Shown here: positions 8,039 to 15,881 of the stretch, piece after piece
Layout of the letters: every line of letters begins with the position of its first letter
Numbering within the stretch: position 1 is the first letter of the stretch
From: Rhodococcus sp. H36-A4
Lineage (GTDB): Bacteria > Actinomycetota > Actinomycetes > Mycobacteriales > Mycobacteriaceae
DNA: 24,000 nt
Direction: 5' to 3'
Assembly (NCBI RefSeq): GCF_027158005.1
Contig: NZ_JAPVLQ010000001.1
Coordinates: 853,745 to 877,744, forward strand
Program-made: the position numbers and the translations under genes
The notes under the pieces: model-generated
What the model was told of the DNA's origin: nothing
The model's database searches: none
Seen by the model: the letters and a program-made list of their open reading frames with translations, nothing else

Positions 8039-9354
8039 AAAGATCCACAACGCTGGCGGTGCGCGTCACCGCCGTCGCGGCCGTCGTGTCCTTGGCTGCA
8101 TCGTGTGGTGCAGGCGGACGTGACGAGACCACCGAGACCACCGAGGGATCGACGGTCGGAATCTCCGACACTTCGGTGAAGATCGGTGCCCACTTTCCGT
8201 TGACCGGTGTCGCAGCCCCGGGATACAGCGAAATCCCTACCGGTGCAAAGGCTTACTTCGACTATGTCAACGCCGCCGGCGGCGTGAACGGACGCCAGAT
8301 CGAGTACGTGGTGCGCGACGACTCGTACGATCCGACCACCACCACACAAGTAGTCAACGAACTGGTACTCCAGGACGAAGTGTTCGCCGTCGTCGGTGGA
8401 CTGGGCACCGCAACGCACAGCGCGGTCATCGACTTCCTCAACGAGGAGGGCGTACCCGACCTCTTCGTATCCTCGGGCGCCATCATGTGGGGCAACGATC
8501 CCGAGAAATACCCGAACACCTTCGGTTGGCAGCCCGACTATCAGGTCGAGGGCAAGATCATCGGCGACTGGGTCGCGAAAAACCGCCCCGATGCCAAGAT
8601 CGGACTGTTCCTGCAGGACGACGACCTCGGCCGAGACAGCGAGGAAGCCGTCCGGCAGTACCTGGACGATCAGATAGTCGAGGTCGTTCGCTACACCTCC
8701 GGCAACACCGACGTCGCCCCACAGATCGCGGCATTGCAAGGCGCAGGCGCCGATCTGATTCTCGGCTTCAACGTGCCGTCGTACACCGCGTTGAGCCAGC
8801 TCACCTCGATGCGGCTCAACTACACCCCCGAGTGGTTCTACAGCTCCATCGGCTCCGACGTCGATCTCGTCGGATCACTGCTCGGACGTTTCTCGCAAGG
8901 CGCCGTCACCGACGGCAGCCAGTCCCTCGAAGGCATACTCTCACTCGAATACATCCCCGGCATCGACTCGAAGGACAACGAGTGGACGAAGCTGTGGAAC
9001 AAAGTGTGGGCCGAGAACGGAACCGGCGAACCACTGACCAACTATCGGGTCTACGGCCTGAGCCAGGCCTACGCCTTCGTCACCGCACTGCAGGCAGCCG
9101 GAGAAAACCCGACACGCGAAGGCATCGTCGACGCAATCCAATCCGGCGGAATGGATTTCGAAGGACCACAACTCGCACCGTTCCGCTACTCAGAGGACAG
9201 TCATCTCGGAATCTCGGGCGCAAGCATTTATCAGATAAAGAACGGTGTTCCCGACTACCTGACACCGGTCATGCAGACGGACATCGGTGACTCACCCGTC
9301 GTCGAGTACGAGGGCGAAGAGTCGACACCACCGGAAAGTGGAATTCCGGAGTAG
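8035..9354 (+). CDS. ABC transporter substrate-binding lipoprotein (LivK/Peripla_BP_6-like)
   Basis: The true start is the ATG at 8035 inside the 7006..9354 ORF. It makes an ATGA overlap with the LivM-like stop and has AAGGGGAG upstream. The N-terminus MKRSTTLAVRVTAVAAVVSLAASCGAGG is a lipoprotein signal with lipobox LAASC. The rest resembles type I periplasmic binding proteins. Confidence 0.9.
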   Translation: MKRSTTLAVRVTAVAAVVSLAASCGAGGRDETTETTEGSTVGISDTSVKIGAHFPLTGVAAPGYSEIPTGAKAYFDYVNAAGGVNGRQIEYVVRDDSYDPTTTTQVVNELVLQDEVFAVVGGLGTATHSAVIDFLNEEGVPDLFVSSGAIMWGNDPEKYPNTFGWQPDYQVEGKIIGDWVAKNRPDAKIGLFLQDDDLGRDSEEAVRQYLDDQIVEVVRYTSGNTDVAPQIAALQGAGADLILGFNVPSYTALSQLTSMRLNYTPEWFYSSIGSDVDLVGSLLGRFSQGAVTDGSQSLEGILSLEYIPGIDSKDNEWTKLWNKVWAENGTGEPLTNYRVYGLSQAYAFVTALQAAGENPTREGIVDAIQSGGMDFEGPQLAPFRYSEDSHLGISGASIYQIKNGVPDYLTPVMQTDIGDSPVVEYEGEESTPPESGIPE

Positions 9355-9379
9355 TACTTTCTCACGCCTTGCTATAACA

Positions 9380-9421
9380 ATCGGCAGATCCGTCAACCCC
9401 TCGTGTGACGGATCTGCCGAT
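9380..9421. terminator. Bidirectional stem-loop between the convergent binding-protein and thiolase genes
   Basis: Perfect 16-bp stem (9380-9395 / 9406-9421) with a 10-nt loop. On the minus strand it is followed by TTGTTAT. It sits between stops at 9354 (+) and 9448 (-). Confidence 0.6.
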
Positions 9422-9447
9422 CGTTCCCCCGATGATCGAGTGCTTGT

Positions 9448-10746
9448 TCAGCGCTCGATGATTGCGGTGACGCCTTGGCCACCGGCCGCACAGATGGAGA
9501 TCAAGCCACGGCCCGAACCCTTCTCCGCGAGCATCTTGGCCAGCGAGGCGACGATACGACCACCGGTAGCAGCGAATGGGTGACCCGCCGCGAGCGAGGA
9601 ACCGTTGACGTTGAGCTTGCTACGGTCGATCGAACCGAGCGCACCGTCCAAGCCGAGACGCTCCTTGCAATACTCCTCGCTCTCGAACGCCTGCAGCGTC
9701 GCGAGCACGACGGATGCGAACGCCTCGTGAATCTCGTAGTAATCGAAGTCCTGAAGTGTAAGCCCATTACGGGCCAGTAGGCGCGGAATTGCGTACGTCG
9801 GTGCCATCAACAAGCCATCGGTGTACGAACCGTTGCCGTGGATGTAGTCCACAGCGGCAGTTTCCGAATCCACCAGGTGCGCGAGAACCGGCAAGTTACG
9901 CTCGGCGGCCCACTCGTCTGTCGACAGCAAAGCCGCGGAAGCCCCATCGGTGAGAGGCGTCGAGTTGCCGGCCGTCATGGTCGCGTCGCCCAGCTTGGTC
10001 CCGAAGACCGGCTTCAGCGTCGAGAGCTTCTCCACGGTCGATCCCGGCCGCAGGTTGTCATCGCGGGTGAGGCCGAGGAACGGCGTCACCAGGTCGTCGA
10101 AGAAGCCACGGTCGTAGGCGGCAGCCATGTTCTGGTGGCTCGCGGCAGCCAGTTCGTCCTGGTCCTCGCGGCGGATGCCGAACTCTTTCGCCGTGATTGC
10201 CGCATGGTCGCCCATGGACATGCCGGTACGCGGCTCTCCGTTGCGTGGAATCTCGATCCCCAGCATGGACGGTCGAACATTGCCGAGCAGTTTGAGTCGA
10301 TCGGTGGCCGACTTCGCGCGGTTGAGCGAAAGCAAGAACTCGCGCAGGTCGTCGCCGACTGCGATGGGTGCATCAGAAGTGGTGTCGACACCGCCGCCGA
10401 TACCGGAATCGATGCGCCCGGCCGCGATGGCATCACCGACGGCCACGACGGTCTGCAGACCCGTCCCGCATGCCTGCTGCAGGTCGTAGGCGGGGGTATA
10501 CGGACTCAACGCGCTACCGAGAACGGTTTCGCGGGTGAGATTGAAATCCCGGCTGTGCTTGAGTACCGCGCCCGCAGCGACGAGACCGAGACACTCCCCT
10601 TGCAGATTGAACCTGCTGACCAGGCCGTCGATAGTTGCGGTGAGCATGTCCTGGTTGGACGCGCGCGCATACTTCTTGTCCGAGCGAGCGAACGGAATGC
10701 GGTTACCACCCACGATTGCGACCGGTCGTAGTTGCTTGCTTGTCAC
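9448..10746 (-). CDS. fadA2: Acetyl-CoA C-acyltransferase (thiolase), FadA2-like
   Basis: 432 aa with thiolase motifs (QQACGTGLQ active-site Cys region, NVNGSSLAAGHPFAATGGR, ICAAGGQG). The N-terminus VAIVGGNRIPFARS and the divergent arrangement with fabG4-htdX match M. tuberculosis Rv0243 as I remember it. GTG start at 10746 with GGGAGA 6 nt upstream. Confidence 0.9.
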   Translation of the reverse strand: MTSKQLRPVAIVGGNRIPFARSDKKYARASNQDMLTATIDGLVSRFNLQGECLGLVAAGAVLKHSRDFNLTRETVLGSALSPYTPAYDLQQACGTGLQTVVAVGDAIAAGRIDSGIGGGVDTTSDAPIAVGDDLREFLLSLNRAKSATDRLKLLGNVRPSMLGIEIPRNGEPRTGMSMGDHAAITAKEFGIRREDQDELAAASHQNMAAAYDRGFFDDLVTPFLGLTRDDNLRPGSTVEKLSTLKPVFGTKLGDATMTAGNSTPLTDGASAALLSTDEWAAERNLPVLAHLVDSETAAVDYIHGNGSYTDGLLMAPTYAIPRLLARNGLTLQDFDYYEIHEAFASVVLATLQAFESEEYCKERLGLDGALGSIDRSKLNVNGSSLAAGHPFAATGGRIVASLAKMLAEKGSGRGLISICAAGGQGVTAIIER

Positions 10747-10794
10747 TTGGGGTCTCCCAACATCCGGTAAGAAAAAGGCCTTGGTGGAGTTTCA

Positions 10795-10812
10795 TCTTAC
10801 TGACGAGTAAGT
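10795..10812. promoter_or_regulatory. Palindromic operator candidate TCTTAC-TGACGA-GTAAGT in the fadA2/fabG4 divergent promoter
   Basis: A low-GC inverted repeat nearly identical in its arms to the site at 13833-13850 upstream of the adjacent TetR gene. Its arms contain -10-like hexamers facing both ways (TAAGTT on +, TAAGAT on -). Confidence 0.45.
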
Positions 10813-10911
10813 TGGTTGTCGACACCCGGTCGTGCGCTTCGCGCCCGTGCGTGCGCCCACCATCGAGCGTGCACGCGGGACTACGAAGACGCCAAGTGAA
10901 AGGTAGGACAA

Positions 10912-12258
10912 GTGGCAGCCACCAAGGGAGCCCCAGACCTCTACTCAACGTTCTTGGCGTCCGCGCCTGGAGCATTCATCGCCAAGCAGGCAGGTCTGCC
11001 GCAGCCCGAAAAGCTGCGTCGGTACAAGGCAGGCGAACCGCCCCTGGCAGGACCCGTCCTCATCGGCGGCAACGGCCGACTCGTCGAGCCACTGCGCGAA
11101 CTCCTCTCCGACTACCCGCAGTCACAGGTGAACGACGCCAAGTACGGCGCACTGGTCTTCGACGCCACCGGCATCGGCAACGTCGCCGAGCTCGAGCAGC
11201 TCTTCCAGTTCTTCCAGCCCGTCATCCGCAACCTCGCGCCCTCCGCACGCGTCGTAGTCATCGGTACGACACCGGACAAGACGGCAAACGTCGACGAGCA
11301 CATCGCCCAGCGCGCCCTCGAAGGCTTCACCCGCAGCGTCGGCAAAGAGGTCAAACGCGGCGCGACGGCTCAGCTGGTCTACATCTCCCCCGACGCATCG
11401 ACCGGGCTTTCCGGACTCGAATCCACCCTGCGCTTCCTGCTGTCCGCCAAGTCGGCCTTCGTCGACGGCCAGGTCATCGTCGTCGGCGACGCCGATTCCA
11501 CCGCACCCGCATCCTGGGACAAGCCGCTGGCCGGCAAGGTCGCAGTAGTCACCGGCGCGGCACGCGGCATCGGTGCCACCATCGCCGAGGTGCTGGCGCG
11601 CGACGGCGCACACGTCATCGCAGCAGACATCCCCGCCGCCGGTGAGGCATTGTCCGAGACCGCCAACAAGGTCGGCGGCACCTCGCTGGCACTCGACGTC
11701 ACCGCACCCGACGCCGCCGAGGTGCTCGCCAAGCACCTCCTCGAGCGTCACGGCGGCGCCGACATCATCGTTCACAACGCCGGCATCACCCGCGACAAGA
11801 CGCTCGCCAACATGGACGAGAGTCGCTGGAACTCTGTCATCGGCGTGAACCTGGCTGCGCCACAGCGCATCACCGATCACCTGGTGAAGGTCGGCGCACT
11901 CAAGGAAGGCGGACGCGTTATCGACGTGTCCTCCATCGCAGGCATCGCTGGTAACCGCGGCCAGACCAACTACGGCACGTCCAAGGCAGGCGTCATCGGC
12001 CTCGTCCAGGCTTCGGCCCCCGTTCTCGCCGCCAAGTCGATCACCATCAATGCCGTCGCACCCGGATTCATCGAGACCGCGATGACCGCCGCCATTCCCT
12101 TCGCCACCCGCGAGGCCGGGCGACGCATGAGCTCGCTCATGCAGGGCGGGCAGACCGTCGACGTCGCAGAACTGGTGTCGTACTTCGCTTCTCCCGCGTC
12201 GAACGCCGTCACTGGGCAGATCGTCCGCGTCTGCGGTCAGAGCCTCCTCGGCGCATGA
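10912..12258 (+). CDS. fabG4: High-molecular-weight 3-oxoacyl-(ACP/CoA) reductase, FabG4-like (SDR with an extra N-terminal domain)
   Basis: 448 aa. The N-terminal ~200 aa non-SDR domain ([26 protein letters not shown]...[12 protein letters not shown]) is followed by an SDR domain ([23 protein letters not shown]-like [15 protein letters not shown]). It ends [18 protein letters not shown], closely resembling my memory of Rv0242c. GTG start at 10912. Confidence 0.9.
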   Translation: MAATKGAPDLYSTFLASAPGAFIAKQAGLPQPEKLRRYKAGEPPLAGPVLIGGNGRLVEPLRELLSDYPQSQVNDAKYGALVFDATGIGNVAELEQLFQFFQPVIRNLAPSARVVVIGTTPDKTANVDEHIAQRALEGFTRSVGKEVKRGATAQLVYISPDASTGLSGLESTLRFLLSAKSAFVDGQVIVVGDADSTAPASWDKPLAGKVAVVTGAARGIGATIAEVLARDGAHVIAADIPAAGEALSETANKVGGTSLALDVTAPDAAEVLAKHLLERHGGADIIVHNAGITRDKTLANMDESRWNSVIGVNLAAPQRITDHLVKVGALKEGGRVIDVSSIAGIAGNRGQTNYGTSKAGVIGLVQASAPVLAAKSITINAVAPGFIETAMTAAIPFATREAGRRMSSLMQGGQTVDVAELVSYFASPASNAVTGQIVRVCGQSLLGA

Positions 12259-13112
12259 GCGTCGTCGAGCTCTCGGAGCAGCCCAAGATTTCGGAAATCT
12301 ACACCGCGGCCGCACGTGGTGCGCTGCCGTTCCTCGGGTCGAAGTCGTCTTCGGTGCCGTCCACCCAGTTCGAGCTCCGTGGACTGAGGGTCGATCCCGA
12401 CAATCTCGCCGGTTACTGCAAGGCCACCGGTTTACGCTTCGGTGACATCCTGCCCATCACGTATCCGTTCACGCTCGTCTTCCCGACGGTCATGAAATTG
12501 ATGGTGTCCAAGGGCTTTCCGTTCGCGGCGATCGGTTCTGTGCATGCGGAGAACGTGATCGAGTCGTTCCGGCCGATCTCCGTCTCGGAGCCACTGGACG
12601 TTCGAGTGCACGCGGAGAACCTGCGCGAGCACCGCAAGGGTCTGCTGGTCGATCTGATCAGCGAAGTAAGCGTCGGTCGCGAACTCGTCTGGAGGCAGAC
12701 CTCGAGCTTCCTGAGCTTGCAGAAGACCTCACTGTCCGGCGAACTCCGCGAAGCCCCGCCTGCCGACGAGGTACCACCGCCCCCGACGCGGACCCTTCGA
12801 GTCGATCAGAAGACGATCAGCAAGTATGCGTCGATATCGGGTGATCGCAATCCGATCCACGTATCCACGCTCGGCGCAAAGGCATTCGGCTTTCCGAAGA
12901 CCATCGCGCATGGAATGTGGAGCGCGGCTGCAGCATTGCAGATCATCGAGGGCCGAATTCCCGAGAACGTCACCTACAGCGTGCGATTCGGCAAGCCGAT
13001 CGTGCTGCCTGCAACCGTGAACCTGTATGCCGAGTCCGTCGGTACAGGCTGGGATCTGTCGTTACTGAACCCCAAGAAGGGGTACCCGCACCTCACCGCG
13101 ACGCTGCGGTAG
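12255..13112 (+). CDS. htdX: MaoC-like (3R)-hydroxyacyl dehydratase, HtdX-like
   Basis: 285 aa with a hot-dog/MaoC motif ([32 protein letters not shown]). ATGA overlap with the fabG4 stop. Same position as Rv0241c in M. tuberculosis. Confidence 0.85.
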   Translation: MSVVELSEQPKISEIYTAAARGALPFLGSKSSSVPSTQFELRGLRVDPDNLAGYCKATGLRFGDILPITYPFTLVFPTVMKLMVSKGFPFAAIGSVHAENVIESFRPISVSEPLDVRVHAENLREHRKGLLVDLISEVSVGRELVWRQTSSFLSLQKTSLSGELREAPPADEVPPPPTRTLRVDQKTISKYASISGDRNPIHVSTLGAKAFGFPKTIAHGMWSAAAALQIIEGRIPENVTYSVRFGKPIVLPATVNLYAESVGTGWDLSLLNPKKGYPHLTATLR

Positions 13113-13118
13113 CCGAGT

Positions 13119-13149
13119 CAGCCCCTACGTGAGCCGAACGTAGGGGCTG
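13119..13149. terminator. Stem-loop between convergent htdX and the TetR gene
   Basis: 12-bp perfect stem (13119-13130 / 13138-13149) with a 7-nt loop, followed by TTT on the + strand. Confidence 0.6.
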
Positions 13150-13170
13150 TTTCGTGCACGAGCACAAGTC

Positions 13171-13776
13171 TTATGCGTTGGTTGCGGACTTCTTACCTGC
13201 CAGACCTCGCCACGCCAGGTTCTCGAGCAGATCGGCAGCCGCGTCGACCTCGATCTCACCGCCGGCGACACGATCGGCCACTGCCTCACCCGCGCCCACC
13301 AAAGCCACGGCCATCAGCGTGTAGTTCTGACCCTCGTCCGGATCCTTCGTGCTCATCTCCAGCAGACCCGCCGTCAGCTCGATGAGTCGATCGCGACTGG
13401 TCTGCACCTGCGAGGCGAAAGCAGTCTGACCGATCGCCTGCCGGTAGAGCACCATCCAGGACTTCCGGTGATCACCGACGAAACCGAGAAACCCGAGCAA
13501 TGCGCGACGCAGTTGCTCGCGCGGTGTCAGCGTCGGATCTGCGGCCGGAGTCATCGCCTCGACGAATTTGACGCCTTCGCGATGGATACACGCGGCGAAC
13601 AGTTCGTCTTTCGACCCGTAGTAGAGGTAGAGCATGGGCTTCGAAATCGATGCCCTCTTTGCAATCGCATCCATCGATGTTTCATGGAAGCCGTTTTCGG
13701 AGAACACATCCACTGCCGCATCGAGCATCTGCTGCTCACGGACGGCGCGGGGCAATCGCTTGGTGCCGCCAGCCAT
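13171..13776 (-). CDS. TetR/AcrR-family transcriptional regulator
   Basis: The ATG at 13776 is preceded by GGAGGA (13781-13786, minus strand). The N-terminal TetR HTH is REQQMLDAAVDVFSENGFHETSMDAIAKRASISKPMLYLYYGSKDELF. The 61-codon upstream extension in the track has no homology signal. Positional counterpart of Rv0238. Confidence 0.9.
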   Translation of the reverse strand: MAGGTKRLPRAVREQQMLDAAVDVFSENGFHETSMDAIAKRASISKPMLYLYYGSKDELFAACIHREGVKFVEAMTPAADPTLTPREQLRRALLGFLGFVGDHRKSWMVLYRQAIGQTAFASQVQTSRDRLIELTAGLLEMSTKDPDEGQNYTLMAVALVGAGEAVADRVAGGEIEVDAAADLLENLAWRGLAGKKSATNA

Positions 13777-13832
13777 GTGTCCTCCAAACCAAGGTCGAAG
13801 CAGGGTCGAACAAACAAAGGTAGAACCACTGA

Positions 13833-13850
13833 TCTTACTCCTCGGTAAGA
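13833..13850. promoter_or_regulatory. Perfect palindromic operator candidate TCTTAC-N6-GTAAGA upstream of the TetR gene
   Basis: tcttac tcctcg gtaaga lies in the 100-bp lpqI-TetR gap. On the minus strand the arm provides a -10-like TAAGAT, so it probably overlaps the TetR promoter. Confidence 0.5.
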
Positions 13851-13876
13851 ATGGCTGCGTCGCTTCTGTCGTCAAG

Positions 13877-15049
13877 CTAGCAGGCGCCCTTGAACCGTGC
13901 GACTGTGGCTGCAGACGCGTCGACCTGCGGTGCAGGCAATCTTCCCGTGGCAACCGCATTCTCCAGATTGTCCAGAACCTGAGGCACGTCGTCAGTGGTC
14001 AGCCACAGCGCGATATCTGCGCCCGCGACCAGTGCCGCCTCGACGGCCGCCACGATACCGAGCCGGTCGGTGATCGCAGCCATGCCGGAAAGATCGTCGG
14101 TGAAAATCGGCCCGGTGAACGGGCTCGCACCGTAACCGACACCGTCGCGTAGCAGTGCCATCGCTGCGGGGCTGATACTTGCAGGCACACCAGGATCGGT
14201 CAGCCCCGGCACATCCAGATGGCCGACCATGATGCCGACGCCGGTCTGCGAGAGTGCCGTGTACGGAAGGAGATCGGACTGCCGCAGCTGATCGAGCGGA
14301 GGCGTCGTCACTTCGCCGGTGTGCGAATCGCCGGAACCGGACCCATGCCCGGGAAAGTGCTTGAGGACAGGCGAAACTCCGGCATCACGGAGGCCCTGAG
14401 CGTAAGCGCCCGCATACGCGATCACCTCGTTCGGATCGGAAGAATACGACCGATCTCCGATCACCGAGTCGTCCGGCTGACTACTGACATCGACCACCGG
14501 TGCGTAATCGACGGTGACGCCGAGGTCCTTCAGACCACGCCCCCGTTCGAGCGCCATGCGATAGGTCTCGTCCACCGACATCGCGCGGGCAGTCTCGCGT
14601 GCGGACGGATCGCTTCCCAACAGATCCTCGACCCGTGAGACTCGACCTCCTTCTTCGTCGATGGTCACCATCGGCGGCACGGCAGCGGCCGCAGCGATCC
14701 GGGGCACCTCGCGGTTCGCCAGCGTCTGCGAATCCGTCCAGCTACCGATGAAGATGCCGCCGACCTGTTCCGTCGCCACGATGTTCACCGCGTCGTCGGT
14801 ACCGGTGACGCCGACCGTCAGTAGTTGCGCGAGACGCTGCCGCTCGGTCAAGGAGCCGACGAACGCCGCGCAAGGATCAAGCGGCGGCGGGGGCGCCGTA
14901 GCTTCCGTCGTGGCCTCCGCCGACGTCGCGGCCGACGTGACGGACGGTGCTGCTATGGGCTCCGGTTCCGCTGCGGTTCCGCAACCGGCGGTGAAACCGA
15001 CACCCAGCACCAACACAGCGATGGGCACGGGCGAGCGGAACTTCATCAT
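13877..15049 (-). CDS. lpqI: Glycoside hydrolase family 3 lipoprotein (beta-N-acetylhexosaminidase, LpqI/NagZ-like)
   Basis: GH3 N-terminal domain motifs (KHFPGHGSGSGDSHTG, VTIDEEGGRVSR). The start is probably the MM at 15049/15046, giving the signal peptide MMKFRSPVPIAVLVLGVGFTAGC with lipobox FTAGC. Same neighbourhood as Rv0237. Confidence 0.9.
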   Translation of the reverse strand: MMKFRSPVPIAVLVLGVGFTAGCGTAAEPEPIAAPSVTSAATSAEATTEATAPPPPLDPCAAFVGSLTERQRLAQLLTVGVTGTDDAVNIVATEQVGGIFIGSWTDSQTLANREVPRIAAAAAVPPMVTIDEEGGRVSRVEDLLGSDPSARETARAMSVDETYRMALERGRGLKDLGVTVDYAPVVDVSSQPDDSVIGDRSYSSDPNEVIAYAGAYAQGLRDAGVSPVLKHFPGHGSGSGDSHTGEVTTPPLDQLRQSDLLPYTALSQTGVGIMVGHLDVPGLTDPGVPASISPAAMALLRDGVGYGASPFTGPIFTDDLSGMAAITDRLGIVAAVEAALVAGADIALWLTTDDVPQVLDNLENAVATGRLPAPQVDASAATVARFKGAC

Positions 15050-15140
15050 GGTTCTCAACGGTAGCCGAGGTGGCCGTAGCGCCGCGATCGGCGACCTCGA
15101 CGCGATAGCCTTCGACCACAAGCTCACCAGGAGGAGACCG

Positions 15141-15608
15141 ATGCCTGCAGATCTGATACTCATCGCCTACGACGGCTCGGACAACGCCAAACGAGCCATC
15201 GAGTACGCCGGCCGATTTCTGACGACGAAGCGTGCCATCGTCGTCACCGCGTGGGAGCCGATGGTTCGGCAAGCGGCGCGCATGTCCGGACTTTCCGGCG
15301 TCATGCAACCCGAGTGGGTCGCCGACGACGAAACCGAGGACGTGGCACTGACCGACGCAAAAGCGATCAACGACGAGGGCATTCGCCTTGCCGGTGAAGC
15401 CGGACTCGAAGTAGAGGGGCACTGCGCCGAATGCACGACGGCCATCTGGAGCGCCATCGTGGAGAAAGCCGACGATCTCGACGTGGACATCATCGTCACC
15501 GGAACCCGCGGCACCACGGGCCTTCGTTCGTTGCTCCAGAGTTCGGTGGCAGATCATGTGCTGCGCCACAGTCATCGGCCTGTCCTGATAGTTCCACCCG
15601 GCAAGTAA
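15141..15608 (+). CDS. Universal stress protein (single USP domain)
   Basis: The ATG at 15141 is preceded by AGGAGGAG (15129-15136). 155 aa with USP hallmarks (ILIAYDGSDNAKRAIEYA, IIVTGTRGTTGLRSLLQSSVADHVLRHSHRPVLIV). The upstream part of the 315-aa track ORF is antisense to lpqI and not credible. Confidence 0.9.
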   Translation: MPADLILIAYDGSDNAKRAIEYAGRFLTTKRAIVVTAWEPMVRQAARMSGLSGVMQPEWVADDETEDVALTDAKAINDEGIRLAGEAGLEVEGHCAECTTAIWSAIVEKADDLDVDIIVTGTRGTTGLRSLLQSSVADHVLRHSHRPVLIVPPGK

Positions 15609-15710
15609 CCACGTGTGCGTCCCAGCACCGTGGCCATCGGGTGATACCTTTAGCGGCGCACGGGGGAAAGTCGCCGTCATTGATGCCTGCCGACGAAAGT
15701 GGAGACCGAG

Positions 15711-15881
15711 ATGAAGTTTGCTGTCCCGGGAATTGTTGCTGCAGTAGTCGGCGCTGTATTGGGCGCCGGTGTCGTGTTCGGGGTGACTGCGGCAGCATCG
15801 GACAACACTCGTCCCGAGATCGACCGCACCGGCAACGCCGACTCGTCGTTGCTCAATCAGGTTGAGTACGGCAGCCGCTGA
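15711..15881 (+). CDS. DUF2613-family small secreted/membrane protein (Rv0236A-like)
   Basis: 56 aa from the ATG at 15711 (GGAGA 5 nt upstream; an in-frame GTG at 15699 is also possible). An N-terminal hydrophobic segment is followed by a C-terminal SSLLNQVEYGSR resembling the Rv0236A C-terminus as I remember it. It sits immediately upstream of aftD, as in mycobacteria. Confidence 0.7.
   Translation: MKFAVPGIVAAVVGAVLGAGVVFGVTAAASDNTRPEIDRTGNADSSLLNQVEYGSR

Noticed and set aside
10716-12315. Long ORFs overlapping fabG4 in other frames or antisense (10716..11645 +, 11122..12315 -, 11379..11732 -)
   Set aside because: Their compositions are extremely Arg/Gly/Asp-biased with no recognisable motifs. 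The fabG4 frame has clear SDR motifs and matches the known FabG4 architecture. These are typical high-GC shadow ORFs.
13777-13959. N-terminal extensions given by the ORF track for the TetR gene (to 13959), lpqI (15050-15163) and the USP gene (14661-15140)
   Set aside because: In each case an internal start with a good SD or signal peptide gives the canonical family N-terminus. The extensions overlap neighbouring genes or promoters and have implausible sequence.
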